Shown here in pieces: positions 24,147 to 37,184 of a DNA stretch of 51,030 nucleotides. Every line of letters begins with the position of its first letter. Position 1 is the first letter of the stretch. A program made the position numbers and the translations under genes. The stretch spans positions 434,001 through 485,030 of the forward strand of contig JBODTK010000129.1 in assembly GCA_050613775.1 (NCBI GenBank). The letters are read 5' to 3'. The notes under the pieces were generated by a model. It saw only the letters and a program-made list of their open reading frames with translations, ran no database searches and was not told where the DNA came from. The stretch comes from Neocallimastix sp. 'constans'. Lineage: Eukaryota.

Positions 24147-24554
24147 ATGTCTGTTAGTGCCAAAAAAACGACTAAAACTACTCGTCAATATCGTCATGCT
24201 ATTCCTACTATGATGCGTCTTAAAAGAGAACCTTCTTTTAAGGATGTCGTTTTTAAACCTCAAACACCATTTCCAAATGCTGAAATGGTTCTTCAAAAAA
24301 TTAAAAGTGAAGGTAATATGAATCCAAGTACTCAGGATCTTGCTAACGCTTTATTCATCGAATGTAATAAATGGTTAAAAGCGAATGGCTTTAAAGAATT
24401 TGTACCAAGTCAAAACCTTGGATGGACTTTAAAGGATGGTGTGATCTCTCGTCCAGGAGCTAAAGTATGCTTCGATGCTAGATCCATTTCAAGACAACAG
24501 TCTGCTCATAAAATTTTATCGGAGACCATTAAACAAGATGGTGTTCAACTCTAA
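24147..24554 (+). CDS. Uncharacterised 135-aa protein, tandem paralogue 5 of 5
   Basis: Intact ORF with the same core and a longer N-terminus (MSVSAKKTTKTTRQY). Confidence 0.92.
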   Translation: MSVSAKKTTKTTRQYRHAIPTMMRLKREPSFKDVVFKPQTPFPNAEMVLQKIKSEGNMNPSTQDLANALFIECNKWLKANGFKEFVPSQNLGWTLKDGVISRPGAKVCFDARSISRQQSAHKILSETIKQDGVQL

Positions 24555-25957
24555 AATTTTTATTTTATCCAATATATATATATTATAAATATAAATATAT
24601 ACATATAAATATAAATATATATATATATTATAAATATAGATATATATATAAATATATGTTTATATAACAATGAATATTTTTATATAACATTTTTATTATT
24701 ATTTCTAAAAAAAAACAAAAAAAGAAAAAATAGTGATTATCAAAAACCAGAATAAAATATTTTTTTTTTTCATTTTGGTTTGGTAATTTTAAGTCATTGG
24801 TTTTAATTCTCTTATGAAACCATTTTTTTTTTTTTTTTTTTTTTTTTATAAAATATTTCATTTTGAACAAATATGGTTTTTAAAAATCAAGAAAAACTGA
24901 ATATTTTCTATCAATTTATATATAAAAGAAAATTAATATATTTATTATTAACAAAAAAACAAAAATATATATTTATATACATTTTACTAAATATTAAAGG
25001 AATTATTGATAGAAGTTAAAAATATTTTAATAAAAAATACATATGATAATAATAATAAATTAAGTTTATATTTAAAATATTGTAACACTGAAATATTTAA
25101 AAAAAAAAAAAAAAAAAAAAAAAATTATATTATTAATAATAGAATCATTCGAATGATAAATTTTTTTTTTATTATTTAGAAAAAGAAAACAAAACAAAAC
25201 AAAGTAGAAATCAATATATATAAAATTTTATTATAAAGTTATATCTCTTAAAATAGATTAATATATAATTTATTTTTATGTTTTCAAAAATTACAAATAT
25301 AAAAAAAAAATAATAATAATAAAAAATTAAAAAAAAAAAAAATTAAAAAAAAAATAAAAAAAAAAAAATAAAAATAAAAAAAAAATAAAATATAAAAGAA
25401 ATAAAAGATACAAAAATTTTTATTTTATTTTATTTTATTTTATTCTATTACAAAAGAATATAATAAAAAAAAAGCAGTCTTTATTGTTATAAAATTCAAT
25501 TGATGTTTTAAAGAAATAGTATTAAAATGTTGAAAAAAAAATTTTTTTTTTTTTAATAAAGTTATATATATATTTTTTATTATTATATCAAACTATTATT
25601 TATTAATGTTTTTTTTTTTTAGCAAATTATTTCCCTATTTTATTTGAATTTATCTTAATTTATATATAAATTAATATAGATTCCTTTATAATAATTTGCA
25701 AAATTATTTTAAACAAAATAATAAAATCTATTAGCTTTATAGATCTAGCTTATAAATATTTATTTTTATGTAAATTTTAAATACAGTTGTTTTTATCTTT
25801 CTTTTATCCTTTCTAATGTTTGATCAAAATCTTTAGATTTCATTAATAACCTTTTTATTATAACATGTATATTTATATTATCTCTACCTTTTCTTTTTTT
25901 TTTTTTTTTATTTATTTATTTATTTGTTTATATATATATCTTTATATTTAAAAAGAT

Positions 25958-28900
25958 ATGTTTCTGAGGGGATCAGCAAATAGTATAATAATAAAATTTT
26001 TCCATTATTTTTCAATTTATATGAACATTTATAGCTTTATTTTTATCCATAACCTTAATTCTTGGTCCCCTAGTAAACTAATAGCTCAAGTAATTAGTAA
26101 GATCCTTAACTACTATGAAAATATTCCTTATATTAAAAAACTTTTTTCTCCAAGGTATGGCTCATACTTCATTATAAGGATTAATAAACACAAAAATGAT
26201 CTCAACTTTTTCGAAGTTTTAAGTTTCTTAAGAGAAAAAATTCTTGAAACAGCTAAAATTAACTGGTCCTTGTGTAATAAACTTAAACAAGAGAACAAGT
26301 CAAGAAAATCTAATAAATATGATGTTGAACTTCATCCTATGGCAAAAGATTTTTTTTCCAGCCATCTAAATTCAAATTCTTCTTTCTTTAATATCTGTGT
26401 TAGTTGGAATATTAATGGTTGGAATACTGAAAAGCGTGATAGTATTTTATACCTCAACTCTACTTTTAAACCTATATGTATAAGAAACTGGAAAAAGTAA
26501 ATATCTTCCAAAAGATGTTTCATCACCATTAATTCCAAATTACAACTCAGTTTTCCTTAGAGCTAATCCTAAAACCACCGGTATGAGAGGACTCCTTATT
26601 GGCGTTCATTCTTCGTGCTCTTTCTTCCAAGAACCGTTTTTATACAAATATATCATTTCAGTAAATATTACTTCTTTATGGAATCAAAAATGTACTATTG
26701 AAAATATCTACTTTCCTCAAAGTAAAATGGAAGGAAGCAAGACTAGTTTGCTTTTGATGAACTTTCTCAGTGGTTACGTTTTCACAATAGAAAAAAAAAA
26801 TGTTCCGGCTGTCCTAGTTGGTGATTTTAACATGTCATTAACGAAAATTAAATCATACATTTCAAATAATTTTTACTAATTGGTATATTGCTCACTTATA
26901 TGGTAATCAATTTACTTATGCCAAAGGTACTAGATCATCTTGCATTGATGATGTCATCTATAATGAGGCTTTAGAAACTCATATTAATAAGACATCGGTT
27001 TGTACTTCATTTTATGGTATTTCTGATCATGAACCTATTTTGCTTTCTTGCAACCAAGTTCTTTCCGATGGCTTTACAAGGCCTGCTAAAGTTTTTAAAT
27101 GGTCTACACATATTTGTAAAACAAAAAATTCAGATATTTTATCACATAATTATTTTTCATTCTTAGCAAATGACCTCGATTCTCATTACAATTCGCTTAC
27201 TGCTGATGAAATGGTAGAAAAATTTATCAATACAGCAAATAATATCGGGAAAGATATTAAGGCCTTCATTCCATCAAATTTAAAAAGCTCTGCTTTTCGT
27301 TGTCCTTATTACATTAAAAAACTGTCTCATGAAAAACATATTACAATTAGAAATATTAAGCCTTACTTTAACTGTGAAAATGTTGATAATTACCTTGAAC
27401 AATTTAATAAATATGAAAAACTTTGTAAATTAATCAAGAAGACAAAGAGTAAATTTCATTCTGTTAGATATAAGGCTAATAGAGTAAAAATCAATAATTA
27501 TTTTTTGAATTAAGATTTCAAAAATGGTTGGAGATATTTAAAAAAAAAATGGCTAAACCATCTTATTCATCTACCTCACTTACTTATATTAAATCTAAAT
27601 TTCGTCAAGATATTATCTCTCCTACTAAGCAATTAGATAGATGAGCTGAATATTATAAAGATCTAGCGTCTGACCCCTCAGGTCACAGTCTTAATCGTAA
27701 CTACTGGAATCATGCTCTTCGAAATATTAGTCTTAGATCCTCTGCTTGGAATATTAACGGTCCAATAACAATTGAAGATATTAAAAAAAAAACTATTTCA
27801 TCAATGAAAAACAACAAAGCACCCTGCCCCTATGGTATCCCGATTGAATTCTACGAAGCTCTTTTCTACAATGAAGAATTACTAGAAACACATCCTGTTG
27901 CTGAAAACTGTCTTAAATTGATATTTAATAAAATCTGGAATGGGTCCTTTTCTAAAAAATGGAACTCAGCTTCTATTGTATCTATCCCTAAGAAAGGTGA
28001 CCTCTCAGATTGTAGTAACTATCGAGGTATTTCTCTTATTAATGTTGGACTGAAAATCATTTCAAAAATTATAACAGATAGAATATCTACTTACGCACTT
28101 ACACACAATTTCATTAGACCTGAACAATTTGGTTTTTCGCAACCTTGAAGAATGCATTAGTTTATTCATTTTCGTTAGAGAAATTTGCCAAAGAAGAAAA
28201 TTTCAAGGAAAATTCATATATTTATCTTTTTTAGATCTTAAAAAAAGCTTATGATTCAGTACCTATATTTTAATATTCTTACTAAATTATATCATTATGG
28301 AGTCAGTGGTAAATGTTTTGATTTTCTTTGTAATTTATATACTTCACCTAAAGCACGTGCTTGATTTGCTTCAATGTTATCAAATGAATTTCCTATTAAA
28401 AGAGGTGTTCGTCAAGGCTGTCCATTATCTCCGATCTTATTCAATTTATTCATCAATGATATATTAAATGACTGTGAAAAGTATGGTGTTAATATTGGAA
28501 GAAAAAAGTGTTGTGGTGAACTCTTTGCTGATGATGTTGTTCTCATTGCTCCGAGTGCAAAAAAATTAAGAAAAATTATTAAAAAAGGTACATAAATGGG
28601 CTAATTTAAATGAAATGACTTTTGGTATTGAAAAATTTGCAATTATGGTTATATAACCAATGAACTTCCAATCTCCTCCAAATTGTAGTGATTCAACCTT
28701 CTATTTAAGAATGAATACTATTTCAAAAGTTTCTAGTTATGCTTATCTAGGTATTCCTTTCTCAGATGATCTCTTATTAGAACACATTATATCTCACATG
28801 CATTTTATAGTTAGAAAATCCCTTCTTTCATTTACACGTTTCTTTTCAAATAAACTTATTCTTATTGTATACAAGAAAAAAGATCTTCAGTCCTTTTGTT

Positions 28901-29270
28901 ATTAATAAAGTTATTTATTATTCTCCTCTACTTGGTTCAAACAAATCTTAAACGGCTAGAATTCAAACATTAATTAATAATGGTCTATTTTGGTGTATCG
29001 GTTCCTTCTCTAAATATAGTAATACAAATTCAGAAAACAATGACTATATTAGACATAATTCTACTATGAGTACTTATGCTTTATCTCGAGATCTAAAGCA
29101 TCCCTCCTATTGCTGGTATCTGCGCAGCCTTACAGATTAAATCTTTTGCAAAATGGAGTAAATCACACTGTATTATAAAGGAATCTTATTAAATCTATCC
29201 CCAAAATGCCTTATTATTCCTGGACTAAAGAATCTAGAACTTTGTACAAAAAAATCAAAAAATATGAATG
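25958..29270 (+). mobile_element. Decayed LINE: APE endonuclease plus reverse transcriptase pseudogene, 3' end missing
   Basis: Motifs in order across shifted frames: VSWNINGWN, LVGDFN, ISDHEPI (APE); KAPCPYGIP, PKKGDLSDCSNYRGISL, EQFGF, GVRQGCPLSPILFNLFIND, LFADDVV, YLGI (non-LTR RT). Many stops and frameshifts. Confidence 0.93.
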
Positions 29271-29425
29271 TATAAAAATAATTATTATTATTGTTTAATC
29301 AAGAAAAAGAAATAATAAAAATAATTAATTAATAAATAAATAAATTAAATAAATGATAATAATAATAAGTAATAATTCTCTATTTTTTATTTTTTAATTT
29401 TTTTTATTTTTTTTTAATTATATTT

Positions 29426-29472
<47 letters not shown>

Positions 29473-29535
29473 GTAATAATAATATAAATTTAAAAACAAT
29501 GAAATATTTATATATACTCGAAAATATAATTAAAA

Positions 29536-29573
<38 letters not shown>

Positions 29574-29771
29574 ATTGTAATAATTAATAAATAGAGAGAA
29601 ATAATATATATTCTTATAAATGTTATTTATACAAATAATTTTATTTTATTTTATTTATTTTATTTTATTTTATTTAATTTTTTTTTTTTTTTTTTTCTTA
29701 AAAATTTATTAATATATATATATATATATTTATATATTTATTTAAGTTAATTTATATAAATATTTATTTGT

Positions 29772-29808
<37 letters not shown>

Positions 29809-30018
29809 TTTATTATTATTAATTTATTTATTTATAATTATTTATTTTTATTATATATATTTATATATATACATTTATTTATTATTTTTATTATTTTTAT
29901 TTATTTTTTATTTTTTTTTTATTTTATATTTATTTATTTATTAATATAATTTTTTTCATTCATTATTCATATAATTATTACATGAAATGAAATGAAATGA
30001 TTTTTTTTTTTTTTTTTT

Positions 30019-31382
30019 TTAATTATCTTTATTAGTTAGAGTATCTTTTTTCTTATTATTAATATATGATCGAGATAGAATAGTGGAAGAGACATTAATT
30101 TCTGATAATGTATTTTGTGAATGAAGAGAATTAGAATAAATTGAATTGGTGGGTTGTGAGTAGAGTGAGGAACTTAAAATATTTACACCGGTATAATTCG
30201 ATGAAGCATTACTGTAGCTTAATATGGGCGATATCGTACTACTACTATTATTATTACTTTTAATGTAATTTGAATAATTTATATTACTATTACTATTATT
30301 ACTACTATTATTATAACTAAATGAATTTTCATTTATACTACTTATAACACTAAGATAATTTTTATTTATGGGTGTATTATTAGTATTACTATTACTATTC
30401 GTATTACTGTTATTACTATTATTATAATAACTATTATTATTATTATTAATGTATTGATAAAAATTGCTTGTGCCAAAATAATTTGAGGATGATCCCACTG
30501 AAGAAGCAGCATAAAAGTATTGTCTATCATTATCCATAGATTGTAATACTTGTTGAAAGCATTTATTATTTAAGCTGGCACTTTCTGCAAATTCATTCGC
30601 AAGATTCCTATATATTTATATTTATATTTATAGTTGCATTTATAGTTTTATTTATAGTTGTATTTATAGTTGTATTTATAGTTGTATTTATATTTATAGA
30701 AATAGTTATATTTATATTTATAGATGTGTTAAATAAAAATTAAAATTTATATATATTATAAATCCATTAAATTAATAATTAGTATAAATTATATATAAAT
30801 AATTAAATAATTAATATTTTGATTTTGATTGTATACTATGTATATATATATATATTTAAAGAAAGAAAAAAAGAAAACTTACGAATCTGTTGCACCAAGT
30901 TGTATTAATTTATAGATAAGTTTTCTTAGATTTGGTAATGTATTTTTCAAATTACTCACATTTTGTTTTATATGATTTAATAACTATAATTAATTTAATA
31001 TTTATTTTTTATTTTTATTTGTTGGTTTATTCATTTATTCATTTATTCATTTTTTTTTTTTATAAAATATATATATATATATAATTAATATATTTAATGA
31101 ATTAAATGAATAAAACATCAATTATATATAAATAAACAATTTTTTAAAATTAATATATTATATTATAATAAACTTATTTTACTTGTTCAATATTTTTATT
31201 TAAAAGAAAAACACCATAGATAAATCGATTATTATTTAATTTTTTGGTAAATAGGGGAAATCTATATATTAATAGAAATAAATAAAAAAAAAAAAAAAAA
31301 AAATAAAAATATAATATGAAAATTTTTATTTAGAAAAAATTTTATAAATTAAACAGAAATTAATAATAATAATAATAATAAT

Positions 31383-31463
<81 letters not shown>

Positions 31464-32044
31464 GTTATTATTATTATTATTATTATTATTTAAAAAAAAT
31501 TTATTTAAACTTTAAAAAATAAAAAATTTACTCGTTCATCGGTTGACATTCTATATTTAATGGATCAATAATGGTTGATCTTGATGACATATGCTTTATT
31601 GGGTATCTTAAAACAACATTAATATAATCCGCTATTATAATAATTAAATGACAGGTATATCCAAGGGCTGTTGATATATCATCTAAATTATAACCTTTTA
31701 TATATAAATGAATTTTTAATTTTAAAAAAAATAAAAAAAATTTTTTAATTAATAAATTTCAAAGATATATAAAAAAATAAAAAAATATATATATGTATGT
31801 AGGTATGTATATATTTATATGGTTTGAATTAAAAGCAAATACCATCATATATTGAATTTGGTAAAGGTATACCACATATAGTATATATTAATGGATCAGA
31901 TACAGACTAGTTATATTAATATTTATTTATGTTTTTATTCAAGAAATATTTATTAATATTTTTAATTCAGTTCTTAATTTATTTATTTATTTTTCTTTTA
32001 ATTCAATTTTTTTTTTTTTTTTTTTTTTGTTTTATTTTAATAAT

Positions 32045-32120
<76 letters not shown>

Positions 32121-34452
32121 GCTTTTCAAATATATATATATAATATTTGATTTAATAACTTACAGGCTCTATAGGATATATATTTAATAAATCTATCAAT
32201 AGTTCAGCGAGACGTTGATTACTCATTGCTCTAAGTTGATTTCTTTTTTGACTAAAAGAATATATTTATTTATATATATTTAAATAATAATAATATTATT
32301 ATTACTATGATTAATTTTTATTTATAAATATTAGAATATAATGAAGATTTATTTATATATAAATAAACTGTTTTAAAAAAAAAAAAAAAAAACATTGAAA
32401 ATAAATCTAGAGTTAATAATAATAATGATAATGATAATAATAATAATGATAATGATAATAATAATAATGATAATAATAATAATAATAATGATAATAATAA
32501 TAATTATAATTTTAATAATAATAAAAAAAAATTATTTTATTTTATTTTATTTTTTACGTCATTTCATTCTCAAATTCTTTTTTTATCTGTTCTAAATTAA
32601 CCATTTTTTGATCAAGTTCCATATTTTTTTTATCTAGTTTAGTACTTCTTGTGTCATTCGAAATTCTATATTCTTCTAATCTTCGAGTATCTAAGAATAT
32701 ATGAATATAATTTTTTTTTTTTTATTTTATTAATTAATACCATTATTATTACAATTATTAAATCTATATTTATCATAAAAATTATTATATACATTACTTT
32801 CTTCAATATTTAGCATACTAATAATCAATTGATTTTCCATTACTTTTGATTCTTCGTTATATTCTGTTCTTATAAAATCCTTTAATAATAATTTTTTTTT
32901 TTATTAATTATTAGTATAAATAAAAGTTATAGTTATGATAAATCTATTATATTTTTAATTTTATATGGATAAATATTTATTATATTATTATATTATATAT
33001 ATATATATAATTTTAATAAAATGGTATTAAAAAATAATTTGATAAATTACTAATTTATGTTTTTCTTTATATAATTTTAGTTTTTTTCTTAAGGCTTTCT
33101 TTTTATTTTCTAATTCTTCTTTTTTCTTTTTTAACTCTTCTTGGACTTTATTTAAACTATTTAATTTTATTAATTTATTTATTATTTATCAATTATATAT
33201 ATTATTTTTTTATATATATTTAAATTGGCTTTATATTTCTTTTATTTTATTAATTATTATTTACTTTATCAACATATTTGCTGAATATGATTTCTTAACA
33301 AGATTTTGATCTACTTTGTAAACATTAATTATATTACCCGATTCCTTTCTCAATTCCTTTATGTTGATTATATAATATATTTTTTTATAAATAAATAATA
33401 GTAAAAATTATAAAAAATATATATATATATATATATAATAATAGTATATTATTATTGAAATTCATATTTATAAAAAATAATATGATGATTAATAAGTAAT
33501 AACTATATATATATTAAAATTAAGATAAAAAAAAAAAAAAACAAAAGAAAAGTTTGTTAAATTACTGAACATTCTGGACATTGAATATAAAAACCATTAG
33601 TATATTCAAAAATCAAAGAATTCTTTGAAAATTCTGTTTTTAATTCAGTTATCTAAACAAGTATATACATATACATATTTTTATTATATCATATTAATAT
33701 AAAAGTTATAAATTTATATGAATAAATATATAAATATATATATATAATATGTATTATGATGACAAAATATCAAATTTTAAAATTATTTAATTTAAAAATT
33801 TAAAAAAAATAAAATAAAAAAAAAAAATAAATATAAAAATAAAAATAAAAATTATTATGTTCAAATGATATTATTAAATTACTCCTTAAGAATTAATAAA
33901 AATAATAATAAAAAGTATTACTAAGTAAATTGGATTAATTATATACAAATATGTTTCTCCATAAGAATTAATAAAAAATAATAATAAAAAGTATTATTAA
34001 ATAAAATGGATTAATTATATGAAATTTTGATTTATAATACCTCAGTTCCAATATACACCAAAAGTTCCCCTTCGATAATATTTGAAAATAGCAATATTGG
34101 ATTTTCATTGTCCTTCCCTGATATAATCCAAACTTTAATGATGAAATGTATTAAAATATAATTATTATTTTTATAGAGAAAAAGATAAAGATATATATAA
34201 TATATACAATATTAAAAATTAAAGATATAATAAATAAAAAAAAAAGTGGAAAATTTGAAATTAAGATTTTATAATGCATTTTTTATTTTTTTTATTTTTT
34301 TTATTTTTTTGAATGAATTTCAGAAAATATTTGATTAACATAAAAGTATATAGATAATATATTTGTTTAAAAAGGATATCAGATGATTGAATATTCATCC
34401 AAGAAGGAAACATTAATCTATCTAATGGATTCCAAGAAGGATTCTTTTATAT

Positions 34453-34492
<40 letters not shown>

Positions 34493-35227
34493 TTAATTTA
34501 TTATTAATATATTTTAATTTATATTTATTATGGAGAAAATTGTAAAATAAATATTTTTATTTATATATTAAGAATGTCTATATTTTTTTTTTTATTTAAA
34601 AATGATAGGTACCAATGAACTTTTTATTATATTACTTTTGAAAAATTCTTTTTGCTCTTCTTTATTGTTTATATTATTGATAGTAAAAAAAAAAATAATA
34701 ATAAATGAAATTGGAAATGTTTATATATTTAAAAAAATAATGATTAATAAAATAAATAATACTATAAAATATTATATAAATTATTAAGAATGCATTTTCT
34801 TTTTTTTATTCTTTTTTTTTTTTGTAATTTTTACCATCATTTGAACATAAAGTATAATAGATGCTAAATAAATCTTTTACTTCAGGTATTTTTTCTATTT
34901 GTCTTCCATAAATTGTTTTCAATTGTTTAATTCGAGGCTAATATTGATAAATAATTGAAAGAATTGAATTATTTATTTGTTTTCGTATTTTTATTATTAT
35001 TTTATTGGTTTTTTTTTTTTAAAAAAAAAATGTTATATAAAATGTATATAGATTTAAATTGAAATTTAAAATTATTATATATATATAATTATTATAGATA
35101 TAATTATTATAGGTAAATACAAAAATAAATGTTATATTTTGATTTTAAAAAATAAACATTTATATTTTAATTTTTTTTTTTTTTTAATTATTTATGTTAC
35201 CTTAATAATTAAAGGTTGTGGTAAATC
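30019..35227 (-). CDS. UVRAG: UVRAG/Vps38-like subunit of class III PI3K complex II; at least 16 exons, 5' end unresolved
   Basis: Hand-built, phase-consistent exon chain on the minus strand: 35201-35227, 34835-34937, 34613-34659, 34380-34443, 34041-34147, 33566-33652, 33265-33356, 33051-33156, 32798-32879, 32558-32690, 32164-32251, 31843-31906, 31532-31682, 31183-31261, 30883-30983, 30019-30607. The translation gives a C2-like region (YYTLC...EFFKSNIIKSSLNPSW...FIIKVW...NSLIFEYTNGFY), a coiled coil, then the UVRAG-type motifs IYPIEP, TICGIPLPNS, ISTALGYTCHL, LRYPIKHMSSRSTIID, FPLF...RFIYGVFLLNKNIEQL and TLPNL, and an Asn/Ser-rich tail. A further exon may lie at 35304-35338. The start codon was not found. 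Confidence 0.9.
34148..34379 (-). other. U12-type (minor spliceosome) AT-AC intron in the UVRAG-like gene, 232 nt
   Basis: On the minus strand the intron starts ATATCCTTTT and ends TTAATAC. Excision joins TCT G|AT TTC in frame (QSS-D-FIIKVW). No AG dinucleotide exists anywhere in the intron. Confidence 0.88.
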
Positions 35228-35545
35228 CTATAATAATGCATAGATATTATATTATTATAAAAAAAATATTCCATTATTAATGAATTTTAATGACATTTCA
35301 TACTTTAATATTTCCTTTAATTTCGTATAAAACATTATCTGTATATATATATATATATATTTTACTTCATGAATTTGACATAATGGAATAGTCATTTTTA
35401 TGTTTCATTTAAGAACAAAAAGTATTTATTGTTGATATAATATGTTTATTTATTGTTATATATTATAAAAATTATGATATTACTTATGTATAGTTTTTAA
35501 TTTAATTTGCCCTAAGTTTTCTTTTAATTCTCATTAATAAAAAGT

Positions 35546-35590
<45 letters not shown>

Positions 35591-36612
35591 TAAAATAATG
35601 CTTTCATTGAATTAATATAACACAAATAAAATATCTAAAGTAACGCAAATTCGTAAAGTATAATTAAATTATAAATATTTATAATAATTTATTATTAAAA
35701 CTTTAAATTAAAAAATTGAAAAAAAAAAAATAAAAAATAAAAAATAAAATAAAATAAAATAAATTTATACTAAAATAATATATTATTATATATATAATTA
35801 ATTATTTGTTTTTATTAAAATATTATTTACATATAAATATTTATTTTTTATAAATATTTTGATTATTAATAAAATATATATATATTTTTATTAATAAAAT
35901 TATCAGTATATTTAGAGCATTAATATCATTAAAATATTGAATGATTATTATTTTTATAAAATATAAAAATAAATAATTAACGTAGTTATTGTTGAAAATT
36001 AAAACTAATAAAAATTAGTAAGATTATATTTTATTTTATTAAAATATAAAAAGGAAAATTTAACTATACGTACATATATTTTAACATATTAAATAATACA
36101 GCATGTAATGTTATCATAACCAGCAAAGATATCTGGAGACAAATGGTAATAATAATGATTTTTTTTTTTTTTTAAAAAAAAAAAAATTATTTTCTTTAAT
36201 AGAAATTTAATAAAATTTTTAACAAATTAAAATGATTTAAAATTATTATTATTATTTTTTTTTTATTCGTAATATATATAAATAAAAAAGTAAAAAGCTT
36301 TAATTCATATTATAAAAATTGTCTTAAAAAATATATATTATTCATAGTAAAAATTAATAATAATAACAATTTTTTTTTATTTATTTTTTATTTTATTTTT
36401 ATTTTTATCGTAATTCCATAAAATGCATTTATCTATAATATCATTATATTTAGGTGATTATAAAATAAATAAATAAATAAATTGAAAGTACAAACATTAA
36501 AAATAGATATCTAATTTTTTAAAAAAAAAAAAAAAAAAAATTGAAGAACTAAATATATATATAGAGTATATAATATTTTTTAATATTATTCAATATATAT
36601 ATCATTTATTCT

Positions 36613-36643
<31 letters not shown>

Positions 36644-37184
36644 GAACAAAATAGATAAAGGAAGTTGGTAAAAATAGATCTATAATTTTAGGGATTATGA
36701 TTGACTCTATGAAAATATTAGGCTACTGCTTTTTCAGCTTTGGAACTAATTTAAGGATTTTTGGGCTTTCATAGGCTCCAGAGTTTTTTTTTTTTTTTTT
36801 ACTTTTTTGATGAATTTATGTTGAAAGAACTGTTGTATATTAAAAAAATTCAGATTTTTTTTTTTTATTTCGGTCAGATTCCGGTATATATCTACAATTA
36901 ATACTAATTTTAGAACTAATATGGGACATAGAGAAACCTGATTGTCTAAATAAAACATAAACATAGGATATACGATGACCAGGATGTGGTATTGATGGAA
37001 TGCAATCTCCACCTAGTAGTCTGAATGTTCAAAATGAAGAAATCAAACTAAGCATAAGTAAATTGATAAGAGTTAACTAGAGATGAATGAATTAATTAAT
37101 GACAATTTCACTGTCCTCAGAAAATAAGTTTGAATAAATTAATAATAAAAGATAACCTTATTGACTCCAATTTTACATCATAAT

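Noticed and set aside
33885..34020. Roughly 60-bp imperfect direct duplication in a UVRAG intron with a GT donor-like site
   Set aside because: The flanking exons already join in frame without it and there is no evidence for an extra exon.
36650..37150. GC-elevated island with a PGCG-like stretch and ORF 36746..37012
   Set aside because: Probably a decayed transposon scrap, but no diagnostic motif or consistent frame could be established.
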